Positions 12,975-26,612 of a stretch of 64,000 bases of DNA are shown in pieces. A program made the position numbers and the translations under genes. How positions within the stretch are numbered: the first letter of the stretch is position 1; each line of letters starts with the position of its first letter. Source of the DNA: Eledone cirrhosa (Eukaryota); assembly GCA_964016885.1 (NCBI GenBank), contig OZ024741.1:112282001-112346000 (forward strand), written 5' to 3'. The notes under the pieces are model-generated. The model ran no database searches. It was not told the DNA's origin and saw only the letters and a list, made by a program, of their open reading frames with translations.

Positions 12975-13110
12975 CATGGCTTAGTGGTTAGAGCATTTCG
13001 CTTGTAATCGAAAGGTTGTGAGTTCAATTCTCAGACCGGGTGATGTGTTGTTTCCTTGAGCAAGACACTTTACTTCAAATTGTTCCAGTTTACTCAGCTG
13101 TAGAAATGAG
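12975..13110 (+). mobile_element. tRNA/CORE SINE nested in the LINE
   Basis: TGGCTTAGTGGTTAGAGC, GAGTTCAATTC, CCTTGAGCAAGACACTT. Confidence 0.75.
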
Positions 13111-13134
13111 ATGATAGGACTGGGATTCCTATCA

Positions 13135-13408
13135 TTCCACTGCAAAGTTGTTGTGGAGGTGCCAAAAAATCACCCAGCCCACACTGTAAACTGGACGTGT
13201 AGGCACCACGGAAAAAAAAGCACCCAGCACTCACTGTAAATGAGGTTGGTGTTAGGAAGGGCATCCAGCTGTAGAAATCAATCCAGAATCAGTTCCCGTA
13301 TGAGCAAGACAAGGTAAGCCGACCGGACACTACCCACAACAGGACAACCTGTCTAACCCATGCTAGTGTGGAAGAACGGACGTAAAACGGTGATGATGAT
13401 GATGATGA
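13135..13408 (+). mobile_element. RTE family A 3' UTR fragment nested in the LINE
   Basis: Matches the 17590-17870 tail and ends in (GAT)n. Confidence 0.8.
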
Positions 13409-15910
13409 CACTCTCACCTCAGCTGCTGACAAAGAAGCAGTTGAGTCACTTCTCGACTTTATGAATGAGTTTTTTGTCCCAACTTGTCTTTGCACCAACA
13501 AAATATCAGAACATTTTGGACCTAGTGTTTAGTAACTACACTAACACTATACATAATATTATAGTGGAAAAAACCCTTCTCTCAGACCATGACATGGTTC
13601 TTTGTAACCTGAGATTCACCAGCCGAAAGCTAATTCTAGTGACCTCTCTCCAGCCCACCCATTTGATGACATGGTCTCTATAATGCCAACTGGGATGCAA
13701 TCATGAACGAGCTATCACATGTTGATTGGTCTTTTACACACGCACACATCTCTACCAACATCAAAACATCTTGGCAGATCTTTGTAGACACTGTCACACA
13801 CATACGTATGTGCAAAACACACCCCACCAAGACATGTTAACAAAGCTGCATGTTAACAAAGTGCAGAATCCTCTAAAACAGAAAAAAACTATTATCAGAA
13901 ATAAAAATAACAAACTAAAATACTGCCAACAGCATCACACACACACACATTCGATGGCTATCGCACTGTTTGAATAAAAAAAAAATACAATCTCCAACAA
14001 TGCAGGAAGACCATCATCAATAACCAAAGAAAAGCTGTAGATAAATGGGCCATTGAGAAAATCAAACTCAACCCCAAAGTGTTCTTTTCATTTGCGAAAA
14101 AACACAAGGTCACTGATGGCTCTCTAATTGATGAAAATGGCACTCTTCAAGATAATGCCAAAACCATGGGTGAGATACTGCATAAACAATACTGCTCAGT
14201 TTTCAGCAATCTTGATATGGCCAATCTGGGCTGTATCAGTGATGTTAATCCCCAATACACTATATCAGACATAACGTTTGGTGCCTCTGATGTCTTAGTG
14301 GCAATAAACGATAGTTTCCCTGCTTGTGTCCTCAAGGTGTGTCAACACTAACTTGTATCTCCTCTTGCTAATCTGTGGAGGAACTCACTGGATGCTTGCT
14401 ATTTTCCTGAAAACTTTCTGTCCCAGTCTGTTGTCCCAGTTTTCAAAAAGGGAAACAAGCCATTGCAGTAAACTTCCATCTGATCTACCTCATATCTCAT
14501 ATTATCAAGGTATTTGAGAGGGTGGTGAGATCACAAATAACCCCCTTTCTTGAAAGCAACAGACTGCTGAACTCCAACCAACATGGGTTCTATAATGGAA
14601 GGGACTGCCTAATGTAGCTCCTACATCCCTTTGATGATATTTTGAGAGCTTTGGAAAAGGGCTCCGATACTAATGTCATCTACCTTGATTTCAGCAAAGC
14701 CTTGACAAGATTGATCACAAGATTCTATTGAAAAAAACTATCCAGCATTTGTGTCTCTGGAAAGGTTACTACAGTGGATCAAGTATTTCCTGGGAGACAG
14801 AGCCCAACATGTAGTTGAAGGAGTAAAATCAAACCCAGCCTAAGTCAGCAGTGGTGTTCCGCAAGGCACTGTGTTGGGCCCACTTCTTTTCATAATCTAC
14901 ATTGACATTATTGGCATCATCAAGCACAGCAGCATAAGAATCTTTGCAGATGATTCCAAGCTCCAGAAATCATCGATGAAGTGGGTGACTGGACATAGCT
15001 TCAGTCAGACCTACTGGCTATTATCCAATCGGCGGAAAAGAACATGTTGCTGAACGAGGATAAATTTTAGTTAATCCACTTTGGAAAAGCGGATGCCCTG
15101 AAACTCCCATACTCCCTTCCTTCAGGTGAAACTCTTGGCATCCAACAACATCAGCGACTTGGGAGTAATTGTGGACAACAACATAAGCTGGGTCACTCGT
15201 ATAAACAGCAAAGTTGACATGGTCCACAGAATGTGTTCCTGGATTCTCAGAACCTTCCCGTCAAAAGATATCCACACGGTTATCCTTCTCTTCTCCACTT
15301 TTGCCCGACCCCACCTTGAAAACTGTGGTCCACTGTGGTCTCCTCACATGAACCAAAGTATCAACAAAATTGAAGCGAAAATTGAAGCTCCTCAAAGGTC
15401 AATCAGGAAAAAGATAGATGGCATGTCAGGCCTTGACTATTGGGGTCGACTAGTAAAACTCAAATTTCATTCTCTCCAATGTTGCCATGAGTGCTACATC
15501 ATTTGCATGATGTGGAAAATATTCCATCACCTTTGCTCAAATGATGTTGGCATCACTGTTAAGGTACACCCAAGGCTTGGGCCCCGTGCTATCCAACCAC
15601 AACAAGAATCATGTCACATCTCATAACAACAATGCGGCACAATTATTTCACCTCAATTAGCCCTGCTTTCTTTAACATTACACCAAAACACATTAAAACA
15701 GAAACAGACCCCATAAAGTTTGAGAAGTCTTTGAACAAATTCCTTCAAGAAATCCCGGATAAACCTCCTACACCCAGATATGTCTCTGTAAACAATAACT
15801 CTCTACTTGAGTAGGTCATGGTGTCCAAATCCTGGTTTGAAAGACTTCACTAAGTGGCGCTATTAAGTTACACAACCTGGGCCAATACTGGCCGCCGAAA
15901 CCTATTAAAG

Positions 15911-15985
<75 letters not shown>

Positions 15986-16149
15986 TATATATATATGTGT
16001 ATATGCATATATATATATGTGTATGTGCATATATATATATATCTATATCTGCATATATATATGTGTATGTGCATATATTTATATCTGCATATATGTGTAT
16101 CTGCATATATATATCTACATATATATGTGTGTGTATATGTATGTATAGA

Positions 16150-17870
16150 GGTATAAAGCTGATGGACCAGGTCATGAAAGTAACAGAAAGAGTTATAGCA
16201 TAGTTAATTAGGGACCGGGTGAAACTAGATGGGATGCAATTTGGGTTTGTGCCAGGAAGAGGCACCACTGATGCCCTCTTCCTTGTGAGGGAGTTACAGT
16301 AAAAGTACCTAGCTAAAAGTAAGCCGCTCTAGCTGACATTCGGCGATCTGGAGAAAGCCTTTGACAGAGTTCCCCATGCTATAATCTGGTGGGCTCTTAG
16401 ATAACTAGGAGTAGATGAATGGCTTGTGAAAGCTGTACAAACCATGTATAGGGGAGCAGTCAGCAAAGTTAGGATTAGCAATGAGTATAGCGAGGAATTT
16501 AGCGTACAGGTCGGTGTCCACCAGGACTCTGTTCTTAGCCCTCTCCTGTTCATCATAGTCCTGCAGGCAATAACGGAGGAGTTTAAGACTGGATCCCCAT
16601 GGGAACTCCTGTATGCAGATGACCTCGCAATTATAGCTGAATCTATGGTAGAACTAGAGAAGAAATTCCAAACTTGGAAGCAGGGACTAGAAAGAAAGGG
16701 TCTCAAAGTTAACCTGACAAAGACTAAGATTCTTGTAAGTAGACGAAAAAACAGAACCCAGATCCCCTCAGGGAAATGGCCTTGCTCAGTATGTAGGAAA
16801 GGTGTAGGTAGGAACTCCATTCTCTGCTCCAAATGCAAACAATGGGTACACAAGAGATGTAGCGGGATCTCGGGAAGCTTAATTAAGAATGTAGGATTCA
16901 CATGCAGCAGCTGTGCTGGGACAGCAAACAGCCACAGCAAACAAGTACCACTAAACTCTGGGAGGGCTCTGTAGAAACAGTAGACAGCTTATGCTACTTA
17001 GGCGACCGAATTAGCAGTGGAGGCGGGCGTTCGAAAAGTACAATAACTAGGGTAAGAACGGGACGGAAAAAGTTCAGGGAGCTACTGCTACTGCTAGCTG
17101 CAAAAGGCTTTTCCCTCAAAATGAAAGGCAGACTGTATGATGCGTGCATACGAACAGCAATGTTACATGGTAGTGAGACCTGGGCACTGATTGTGGAAGA
17201 CTTGTGTAGATTAGAAACGAAGCCTGCATGCTCCGATGGATGTGTAATAGTAATATACGCGAACGGCAAAGCATAAATGAATTGAGAGAGAGACTGAGCA
17301 TAAGAGGAATCAAATGCTGTGTGCAGGAGAGGCGGTTGCGTTGGTATGGACATGTGATGCGCATGAAGGATGAGAGCTGCATAAAAAGGTGCAGAGCACG
17401 AGAAGTCGATGGAAACCGCGGAGTGGGGAAACCCAAGAAGACCTGGTATGAGGTGATAAAAGCCGACTTTACCCAATTAACCTCTCAAAGGTGATGACAC
17501 ACGACTGTCACGCAGTAATACAGAAGACCCAACCCCCCACGGGTACAAGCCGAAGCTGAAGCATATAGACAATATGACCCCCACACCCTCCCACTGCAAA
17601 GAGGTCGTGGAGGTGCCACACAAAAAAAGCATCCAGCCCACACTGTAAAGTGGACGTGTAGGCGCCACTGAAAAAAAGCACCCAGCACTCACTGTAAATG
17701 AGGTTGGTGTTAGGAAGGGCATCCAGCTGTAGAAATCAAGCCAAAATAAGTTCCCGTATGAGCAAGACAAGGTCAGCCGACCAGACACTGCCCACAACAG
17801 GACAACCCGTCTAACCCATGCTAGCGTGGAAAAACGGACGTAAAACGGTGATGATGATGATGATGATGAT
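16150..17870 (+). mobile_element. RTE LINE family A, 5'-truncated and frameshifted
   Basis: DLEKAFDRVP, VGVHQDSVLSPLLF, LLYADDLA, Cys-rich insert, RRLRWYGHVMR, (GAT)n tail. Flanked by (TA)n on both sides. Confidence 0.92.
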
Positions 17871-18054
17871 ATATATATATCTACATATATATGTGTGTGT
17901 ATATACATATATATATATATATATGTGTGTGTGTATGCATATATATATGTGTATATGCATATTTATATATATCGCATATATGTATGTGTATATGCATATT
18001 TATATATATCGCATATATATATTTGTATATGCATATATATATATATATATATAA

Positions 18055-18172
18055 TAATTGTTTCTACGTTTGGCACAAGGCCAGCAATTACCCAGTGCAT
18101 TACTGGTACTTTATTTTATCGACCCCGTAAGGCTGAAAGACAAAGTTAACCTCGGCGGAATTTGAACTCAGG
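18055..18172 (-). mobile_element. tRNA-SINE fragment
   Basis: Same family as 7141-7292. Confidence 0.7.
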
Positions 18173-18390
18173 GGCGAATGGTTGCTCTTTCATTACGTCT
18201 ATTGGTTGGTGTCGTGCGTTTCCCTACTGATCAACTCAAGGTTCAATCTGTATCGATCTAGCCTGACTCTGGAATCAAAAGTTCGTCAGACCTCTGTAGC
18301 AATGACTATACACCTCAATACTTACGTGAACCTAAACATCGAGTGCTCAACTGGGTGAACCTACAGTAACTCTGCGTTCCCCTCCCTGGA
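18172..18390 (-). mobile_element. Long-stem-II hammerhead element (copy B)
   Basis: Minus strand GGU-CUGACGA-(~60 nt)-GAAA-CGCACG-AC-ACC at 18208-18292. Same 5' start TATCCAGGGA as copy A. Confidence 0.7.
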
Positions 18391-18461
<71 letters not shown>

Positions 18462-18464
<3 letters not shown>

Positions 18465-18590
18465 ATATAGAAATGGCTTCTACAGGACTAGTACTGTTCA
18501 TTCGAAGGAAACCATATATTAAATATTTATACTCTGCTATGTATTGAGTACCTTACTTACTGTGGGTACCCCCAAGTGAATCCGGGATAC
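18462..18590. mobile_element. Internally inverted fragment of the 52385 hammerhead element
   Basis: 18462-18524 matches 52456-52507 directly, while 18527-18590 is the reverse complement of 52385-52460. Confidence 0.7.
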
Positions 18591-18623
18591 ACACACACAC
18601 ACACATATATATATACATATATC

Positions 18624-18669
<46 letters not shown>

Positions 18670-18715
18670 TAAAAATATAAATATTAATAAAATAGATGTT
18701 CTTTTGATCAATTAC

Positions 18716-18768
18716 ATTTTATTATACATATTTCGGATGTACAACAGTACGTCCTCATCAGACAAAAT
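18716..18768 (-). ncRNA. Type I minimal hammerhead ribozyme
   Basis: AUUUUGU-CUGAUGA-GGAcGUAC-uguu-GUACaUCC-GAAA-UAUGUA-UA|AUAAAAU. Full core with a 7-bp stem I. Confidence 0.85.
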
Positions 18769-18985
18769 ATAATGATACATGACATACCCTGAGATGTTAA
18801 ATGGTTAAGATTTAATCAAGGTTTAATCAAGGTTTAATTAAGATTTAATTAATTCGTAGAGTGCTTCCAATCTACTGTAAAACTCATTCTTTGACAAAAT
18901 CATTGAATATTGTTTAACACTTTAATATATATATATGTATATATATATATATATGTGTGTGTATGTATATGCATATATACATACT

Positions 18986-19020
<35 letters not shown>

Positions 19021-19599
19021 GATATGTGTGTGTATATGCATATATACATATTACATATATGCATATACATACTACATATATGCATACTACATATATGCAT
19101 ATTACACCATACACACACATATACGGAGAAGAAATAGTCCTACTGATTACTAATATTCAAGAAAGTAGTAACAGCAGCAATTGTTTTCTTTTGCTTATTT
19201 ACTTATTTATTATTTCTGTTATCTTTTCCATTTTGTTCATTTATTTTATTCTCTTTGTTTGTTTGTGTCATTAAGTTGTTTCAGAAAATCGAAGTAAAAC
19301 TGGCAGAAAAAGAGAAACAACATTTCTATTGTTTTGGTTTGAGAAATTGGAAATTTAGAATAAATGTTGAAAAGGAGAAGGAAGAAGTGTGGTATATAGA
19401 GGAGGTTGAGTGTATGAGAGGTAGAGGAACGTGGGATTGGAAATAGCAGACGATACTAGGAAAAAAGGTGTGGGAATGTACTGCAATGGAAAAGACTTTA
19501 AAATGGGAATTAAACATAAGTTGAAGTGAGAAAGAAAAGAAAATTAAAGTGAAGAACAAAAACAGAAGAGTGATATAGGGAGAGTAGAAGTAATAGACA

Positions 19600-20080
19600 G
19601 AATAGATAAATGGGTAGTTAGATAGATATGTAAGTATATAGGTAGATAGATTGTTAGGTAGATAGGTTGTTAGGTATATAGGTAGGTAGATTGATAGACA
19701 GATATGTAGATGGATTGTTAGGTAGGTAGGTAGATCGATTGTTAGGTAGATAGGTAGGTAGATCGATAGACAGATATGTAGATAGATAGTTAGATAGATT
19801 GATACATAGAGAAATACAGCTAGTTAGATATATAGATAGATTGGTAAATAGACTAAAAAATAAATAGATTAATGAATGCGTGGATAAAAATAGCTAGATA
19901 AAGACAGATGGAGTGGTAGATAAATGGATAGAGACAGGCATATAAAGAGAGATAAACAGAGAGATAGTTGAATTGATAGATAAATATAAATGAAATGGTA
20001 GGTAGATTGATAAATGGATAGGGACAAACAAAGATAAATAAACAAATAGATATCTTTCTTTTAGACAGATAGATATACAC
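19600..20080. repeat. Degenerate (TAGA/TAGG)n simple repeat
   Basis: Direct inspection. Confidence 0.8.
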
Positions 20081-20555
20081 GGCTGTGGGGCATGTGACAG
20101 AAGTAGTAGTAATGGATGAAGAGGTGGTAGTATTGGTAATCATTTCAGAATATGGCTGTAATGCTAGGAGATGAGGATATCAGAACATGTAGAGTACAAA
20201 CATATTACATGCATGGCTAGGTACTATAAGTTAACTCTACTTCATACTGTTAGTCATAACAATACAGGAGTTGAATAGAGTGCTAGTGCTGCTCTCTATG
20301 TTGCTTTTGTTGCTGGTGCTGCAGCTGATATCTGCATAGCTGCAATTAACTGATGCACTCAACTGTAACAGAATGGTGGTATGCATAAAAACTAAAGTAG
20401 TGATTGTGGCAATTCAAAGAGATTTTGGCAGTGAAAATGGTGATAATAATGTGCATTCTGGTGATTGAGAATGGAAATATAAGGGTAGTGAATGGTAATT
20501 GTGGTGATAGTAGTAAAGTAAAGAATACAGGAATGTTTAACATGTTTCTATGTAA

Positions 20556-20595
<40 letters not shown>

Positions 20596-21136
20596 AAGAG
20601 TTGGAGCCAAACAGCTGAGCTCTTGCCATATCAACAGCTAATTCCCAGACTGTTGACAAAATAACTTGCAGTGGACTAGCCATCTTGTCAAGATTGTGGC
20701 TTAGGTGATTGACATGTTGGTAAAATGATAAGTTGCACATATAAGGGTATAAGCTGTCTGTATAACGGTAAAGTGTGTATGTGTTTGTTTCATTACTTAT
20801 ATGGGGATGGATAAAAAAAATTATGGTATTGTAGTGGTGAGGGAAGACTTTGGCTGATTTGAAGAATTGTCAAGGAGAAATAGAATATAGTTATCATCTT
20901 GATTTATTGGGGGGGGGGGGGGGGGCATGTATGAATGGCATTCACCATCTCTGCAGTCGGAGGGGTCAGAGAATTTTTCCAGCTTAATTGCAGACACTAA
21001 ACCAGCATTGGTGCCACCAAAAATCGCTAACATTCCCACTTGCTTGCTTCCATGATTGAACACCCTTAAAAAGAGTTTCAGTGTAGACATTATGAGGGTA
21101 GTACTGATTGATTGGAGATTTTGCTCCACTCATCAC

Positions 21137-21293
<157 letters not shown>

Positions 21294-21322
21294 TGTGTGT
21301 GTATGTATATATATATATATAT

Positions 21323-21542
21323 GTGAAGGCGTGTGGCTGAGTGGTTAGAGAATTGGATTCGCAATCCTAAGGTTGTGAGTTCGATTCCTGGACCAGGTGA
21401 TGCGTTATGTCCTTGAGCAAGACACTTTATTTCACGTTGCTCCTTCTACCTGGAGTTGCGACCGATATATAGTATTAGCAATTGGAAAGACCGACGGAAA
21501 CATTGTTCCCTCGGTCCGATTTGACGAAAGTCGATCGTTCCT
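21323..21542 (+). mobile_element. Young tRNA/CORE SINE with hairpin-rich 3' end
   Basis: TGGCTGAGTGG A box, GAGTTCGATTCC B box, CCTTGAGCAAGACACTT, then GACCGA..TCGGTC hairpin. Copies at 23508, 24033 and 60175. Confidence 0.85.
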
Positions 21543-21593
21543 ATATATGTGTGTATGTATATATATATATGTATGTGTATGTATATATATATA

Positions 21594-21632
<39 letters not shown>

Positions 21633-22164
21633 TTATGTATATATATGTGTGTTTATGTATATATATATATATGGGTATATATATATATATGTGTATGTAT
21701 ATGTATATATATATATGTGTATGTATATATATATATATATGTGTGTGTGTGTATATACTTGTTGTTGTGCTGATAATCGTTTTGGCATTGATACACTGGT
21801 TGGATACCCTTCCTAACACCAGCGCCAATTTACAGCATGGACTGTGTGCTTTTATTTTTTGCCACCAAGACTAGAGAGGATGTCTTACTGGACTCATAGG
21901 CTCTCTCTACCCCTCCATTTTACAGCATGGTCATAAAAAAAAAAACACTTATTGACACTCACGGCTCACACACACACTCACTCACACACCAACACCCATG
22001 CATACAAACACACACGCCACTCACACACCAACACTCATGCATACAAACACACACACGCCACTCACACACACATACATACATATATATATATATATAACCG
22101 TTAGTACTGATACAAAATCATGTCAACTGTTGACTTTTCCAGTTCAGTTTTTATATAATAATAA

Positions 22165-22562
22165 TAATTGTTTCTATTTTTGATACAAGGCCAGCAATTA
22201 TCCCAGTGAATTACTGGTACTTTATTTTATCGACCCAGTAAGGATGAAAGGCAAAGTCAACCTCGGCGTGATTTGAACTCAGATCGTAAAGGGACGTAAC
22301 TATGCTGGAGAGCATGGCATCCGACCCTCTACCGATACTGCCAATCCACCACCCTTTATATAATAATAATAATAATAATTGTTTCTACTTTTGATACAAG
22401 GCCAGCAATTATTCCAGTGCATTACTGGTACTTTATTTTATCGACCCAGTAAGGATGAAAGACAAAGTTAACCTCGGCGGGATTTGAACTCAGACTAGCA
22501 AGGGCCGTAACTCTATGTGTCAAAGCATGGCGCCCGACCCTCTACCGATGCTGCCAATTCAC
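22165..22562 (-). mobile_element. Two tandem tRNA-SINE copies
   Basis: 22165-22355 and 22378-22562, each ending in (TTA)n on the minus strand. Confidence 0.85.
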
Positions 22563-23111
22563 CTAATGATCATTATTATATAAAAACTGAACTGGAAAAG
22601 TCAAAGCAAAGAGAAACGGCACTCCACTCTCCGGGCCCAGAAGAAGGCACCAGCAATGCGCTGGGACAATCGCTGCCCCATGCCAAGAACAGAATAGTTA
22701 TTTAGTATTATAGTTGTTTTTAACCTCCCGTCCCACCCTTGAAAGCAGGGAAAAGCGGATGTAAAATGATGATGATGATGATGATAATAATAATGATGTG
22801 TGTGTATCATCATCATCATCATTTTACGTCCGCTTTTCCCTGCTTGCAAGGGTGGGATGGGAACTGATTCTGGCTTGATTTCTACAGCTGGATGCCCTTC
22901 CTTACACCAACCTCATTTACAGTGGGTGCTGGGTGCTTTTTTTTCTGTGGCACCTCTACGACCACTGTACACTGGATGATAGGGACCCCAGTCCTATCAT
23001 CTCATTTCTACAGCTGAGTAAACTGGAGCAATGTGAAATAAAGTGTCTTGCTCATGTATGTATATATATATATGTAGATATATATGTATGTATATATGTA
23101 TATATATATAT

Positions 23112-23410
23112 GGTGGCTGCCAACTCGTTTTCGAGTACGGCCACTACTTTATATCCATGTAGGAGAACCCCTACCGATGCGCTGAACGAGTGTGACTTTT
23201 TAGTCCAGCCAGCGACTTGAAAACTCTGGTACAAACACTACACTTGTGACAATTATTGACATATAGTGCTGGGCCCATGGTACCATGTGACGACAAGTAC
23301 AGAGAGACCTCCAGATATAAAGTAATGCCTGGGCCGTGAAGCTTTTATAGTGAGCACAAAGCCAGTCCCACTCTCTTAACTTGTTCTCCTTTTTGGTAAA
23401 TATCATCTTG
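23112..23410 (-). mobile_element. Non-autonomous LINE-derived element with zinc-finger 3' end (partial second copy at 23728-23870)
   Basis: Reverse complement of the 31530-31831 and 56490-56788 segments. Confidence 0.8.
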
Positions 23411-23474
23411 GTTATATGTATATATACATGTATATATATATATGTATGTATATATATATATGTATATATATATG

Positions 23475-23506
<32 letters not shown>

Positions 23507-23507
23507 G

Positions 23508-24253
23508 TGAAGGCGTGTGGCTGAGTGGTTAGAGAATTGGATTCACAATCTTGAGATTGTGAGTTTGATTCCTGGACCGAGCGATGCGTTATGTCCTTGA
23601 GCAAGACACTTTATTTCACGTTGCTCCTTCTACCTGGAGTTGCGACCGATAAATAGTATTAGCAACTGGAAAGACCGCTGAAAACATTGTTTCCTCGGTC
23701 CGATTTGACGAAAGTCGATCGACTTTTACCATGTGACGACAAGTGCAGAGAGACCTCCAGATATAAAGTAATGCCTGTGCCGTGAAGCTTTTATAGTGAG
23801 CACAAAGCCAGTCCCACTCTCTTAACTTGTTCTCCTTCTTTTTTTTTTTGGTAAATATCATCTTGGTTATATGTATATATATATGTATATATATATGTAT
23901 GTAAATATATACATGTATATATATATGTATATATATATAGTATGGAGAGATGCTGTGCTGAATAAGACCCGTCCCACCCTTGCAAGCAAGGAAAAGCGGA
24001 CGTAAAATGATGATGATGATAATGATGATGATAGTGAAGGCGTGTGGCTGAGTGGTTAGAGAATTGGATTCGCAATCGTAAGGTTGTGAGTTCGATTCCT
24101 GGACCAGGCAATGCGTTATGTCCTTGAACAAGACACTTTATTTCACGTTGCTCCTTCTACCTGGAGTTGCGACCGATAGATAGTATTAGCAATTGGAAAG
24201 ACCAACGGAAACATTGTTCCCTCGGTCCGATTTGACGAAAGTTGATCGTTCCT
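23508..24253 (+). mobile_element. Two copies of the 21323 SINE (23508-23725 and 24033-24253)
   Basis: Near-identical to 21323-21542. Confidence 0.85.
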
Positions 24254-24288
24254 TTTTTTTTTTTTATATATATATGTGTGTATGTATA

Positions 24289-24322
<34 letters not shown>

Positions 24323-24325
<3 letters not shown>

Positions 24326-25357
24326 TCATCAACATCATCATCATCATCAACGTTTAACGTCCGTGTTCCACGCTTGTATGGGTTTGGACGGGGGTTTTCC
24401 CACTTGAGGCAAGAGTGATTATCTTGCTCGCATAGGACTATCTGGCGGGTTTTCTACAGCTGGATGCCCTTCCTAACACCAACCACATTTACAGTGTGGG
24501 GCTGGGAGGTTTTTACCGTGTTGCCTACACGGCCACATTACATCGTGAACTGTGTGGTTTTTGACGTGACACCTACACGATCTCATTTGTTTCGGCCTGG
24601 ATGTTGTGGCACCAACATAACTTTACATTGAAAGGGGCGGTGTGGATGGGGTGAGGGTGGTGGGATGGGGGTGTATTTTGTTAGAGATGCCTACTGACTG
24701 TAGTAGGTTTTACTTTGTATTTAGGTAAGGCGGGTCTTCTCTATTACTGAGTACCGCCAAATGTCTCGGTCCAGTGACATTGTCTTGGTGAGGTGTAAGT
24801 GTGTGAGGTCGGAATTTATCAGCTCGTCCCAGGTTTTTCTGGGTCTGCCTATTCCGTGGCTACCGTCTATCTTTATTGCCCTACACTTTGTCATACAGCT
24901 ATCGTCCTTCATGCGCATCACGTGACCATACCAACGTAGCCTTCTCTCGAGTAAACAACATCTGATCCCTCTTATTTCTAATTTTTTCCTTAATTCGTTT
25001 ATGCTTTGCCGTTCACGTATATTACTATTACACATCCAGCGGAGCATGCAAGCTTCGTTTCTCTCTAGTTTGCGTATATCCTCTGCACACAATGCCCAGG
25101 TCTCACTGCCATGCAACATTGCTGTTCGTATGCAGGCATCATACAACCTGCCTTTCATTTTTAGGGAGAACCCTTTAGCGGCTAATAGTGGTATAAGCTC
25201 TCTGAACTTTTTTCATCCAGTTCTGACTCTAGCTACTGTACTTTCAGAGCACCCTCCCCCACTGCTGATTTTGTCACCCAGGTAACGGAAGCTGTCCACT
25301 ATTTCTATAGAACCCTCTGCGCAGTTGAAAGAGCTAGTATTTTGTGGGCACTTGCTG

Positions 25358-25360
<3 letters not shown>
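24323..25360 (-). mobile_element. RTE LINE family B 3' fragment
   Basis: VDSFRYLGDKISSGGG, MKGRLYDACIRTAMLHGSETW...RRLRWYGHVMR, (GAT)n tail. Confidence 0.92.
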
Positions 25361-25392
<32 letters not shown>

Positions 25393-25485
25393 AATATATA
25401 TTGATCTGTTGTTCAATATGCGCATATGTTTTATGTGTCTCTTGGGTTGAAAAGGAGGTCAAGTATGTTATAGATCAGAAAATAG

Positions 25486-25534
25486 TTGCTCCGAAGAATC
25501 CAAACCTCGGTTTGGAGGAAACAATTGTAAGCAA
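25486..25534 (+). ncRNA. Minimal hammerhead ribozyme with CCGAAGA (U4C) core
   Basis: UUGCU-CCGAAGA-A-UCCAAACC-uc-GGUUUGGA-G-GAAA-CAAUUG-UA|AGCAA. All three stems form and the stem III loop is palindromic. Confidence 0.75.
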
Positions 25535-25574
25535 ATAAATGACTTAAACTGAACTTTGATTATTATAATCTCTA

Positions 25575-25608
<34 letters not shown>

Positions 25609-26028
25609 TATATATATATATATATACACAAACATACACATACATATACATATATATACACATATATATAAATATACATATATATACACATATATACATA
25701 TATATATATATATACATATGTGTATATATATGTATATTTATATATATGTGTATGTTTGTGTATATATATATATATACATATCCGTCCAAACCCATGCAAG
25801 CGTGGAATGTGGACGTTAAACGATGATGATGATGATGATATATACATATATATATACACATATATACATACACATACACACACATATATATATATGCATA
25901 CATATACATGCATATATATATATGCATACATATACATACACATACATATATATATATATACACATACACATACATATATATATATAAATATATATATACA
26001 TACCCATACATATATATATACATACCCA

Positions 26029-26073
<45 letters not shown>

Positions 26074-26154
26074 ATACATATATATATATATATATACATA
26101 CCCATACATATATATATATATATACATACCCATACATACATAATATATATATAT

Positions 26155-26187
<33 letters not shown>

Positions 26188-26338
26188 AATATATATATTT
26201 GTGTATAGTGGTAGCTATGGTGCTTCCGTAGGTGGTATGCCAAAATTAGCACTCGATATTCATCAGAGTAGAGTGTAGATATTATCAAGAAAACCAAAAA
26301 TCAGTGATGCATCTGGACTTAGTTTATTTTGTGTTACA

Positions 26339-26557
26339 AATGTTTCGCCGGCATGTAGCTCGAGTCATGGTCCTTGTATGGATCTGGCTGATTCTACTTC
26401 TGCAGGTTCTTTCAGACATGGGTGTTATGTCCAGAGCAAATTTTATCTGATAAAATTTGCTCCGGACATAACACCGATGTCTGAAAGAACCCGCAGAAGT
26501 AGAATCAGCCAGATCCATACAAGGACCATGACTCGAGCTACATGCCGGCGAAACATT
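26339..26557. repeat. Near-perfect 109-bp-arm palindrome containing a long-stem-II hammerhead-like motif
   Basis: Centre at T26448 with few mismatches. Minus strand UGU-CUGAAAGA-(~61 nt)-GAAA-CAUUUG-UA|ACA at 26331-26419. Confidence 0.85.
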
Positions 26558-26579
26558 ATATAAATATATATATAAACAT

Positions 26580-26612
<33 letters not shown>

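Larger units (their letters stand above)
11687..15910 (+). mobile_element. Decayed CR1/L2-group LINE (APE plus RT) with nested insertions
   Basis: APE motifs IVVGLYRPP, MMGDFNLPCVDWS and NILDLVFSN..LSDHDMV. RT motifs SGVPQGTVLGPLLFIIYI and IRIFADDSKL. C-terminal RPHLE..PLWSP. Many frameshifts. Confidence 0.85.

Noticed and set aside
16329-16940. Long antisense ORFs over RTE copies (also 38496-39128 and 39168-39614)
   Set aside because: Shadow frames of the RT coding sequence.
21323-21400. tRNA gene
   Set aside because: A and B boxes run into a CORE-like SINE body and occur in several copies. No clear acceptor stem.
26225-26275. CUGAUGA on the minus strand next to the palindrome
   Set aside because: No GAAA or consistent stems.
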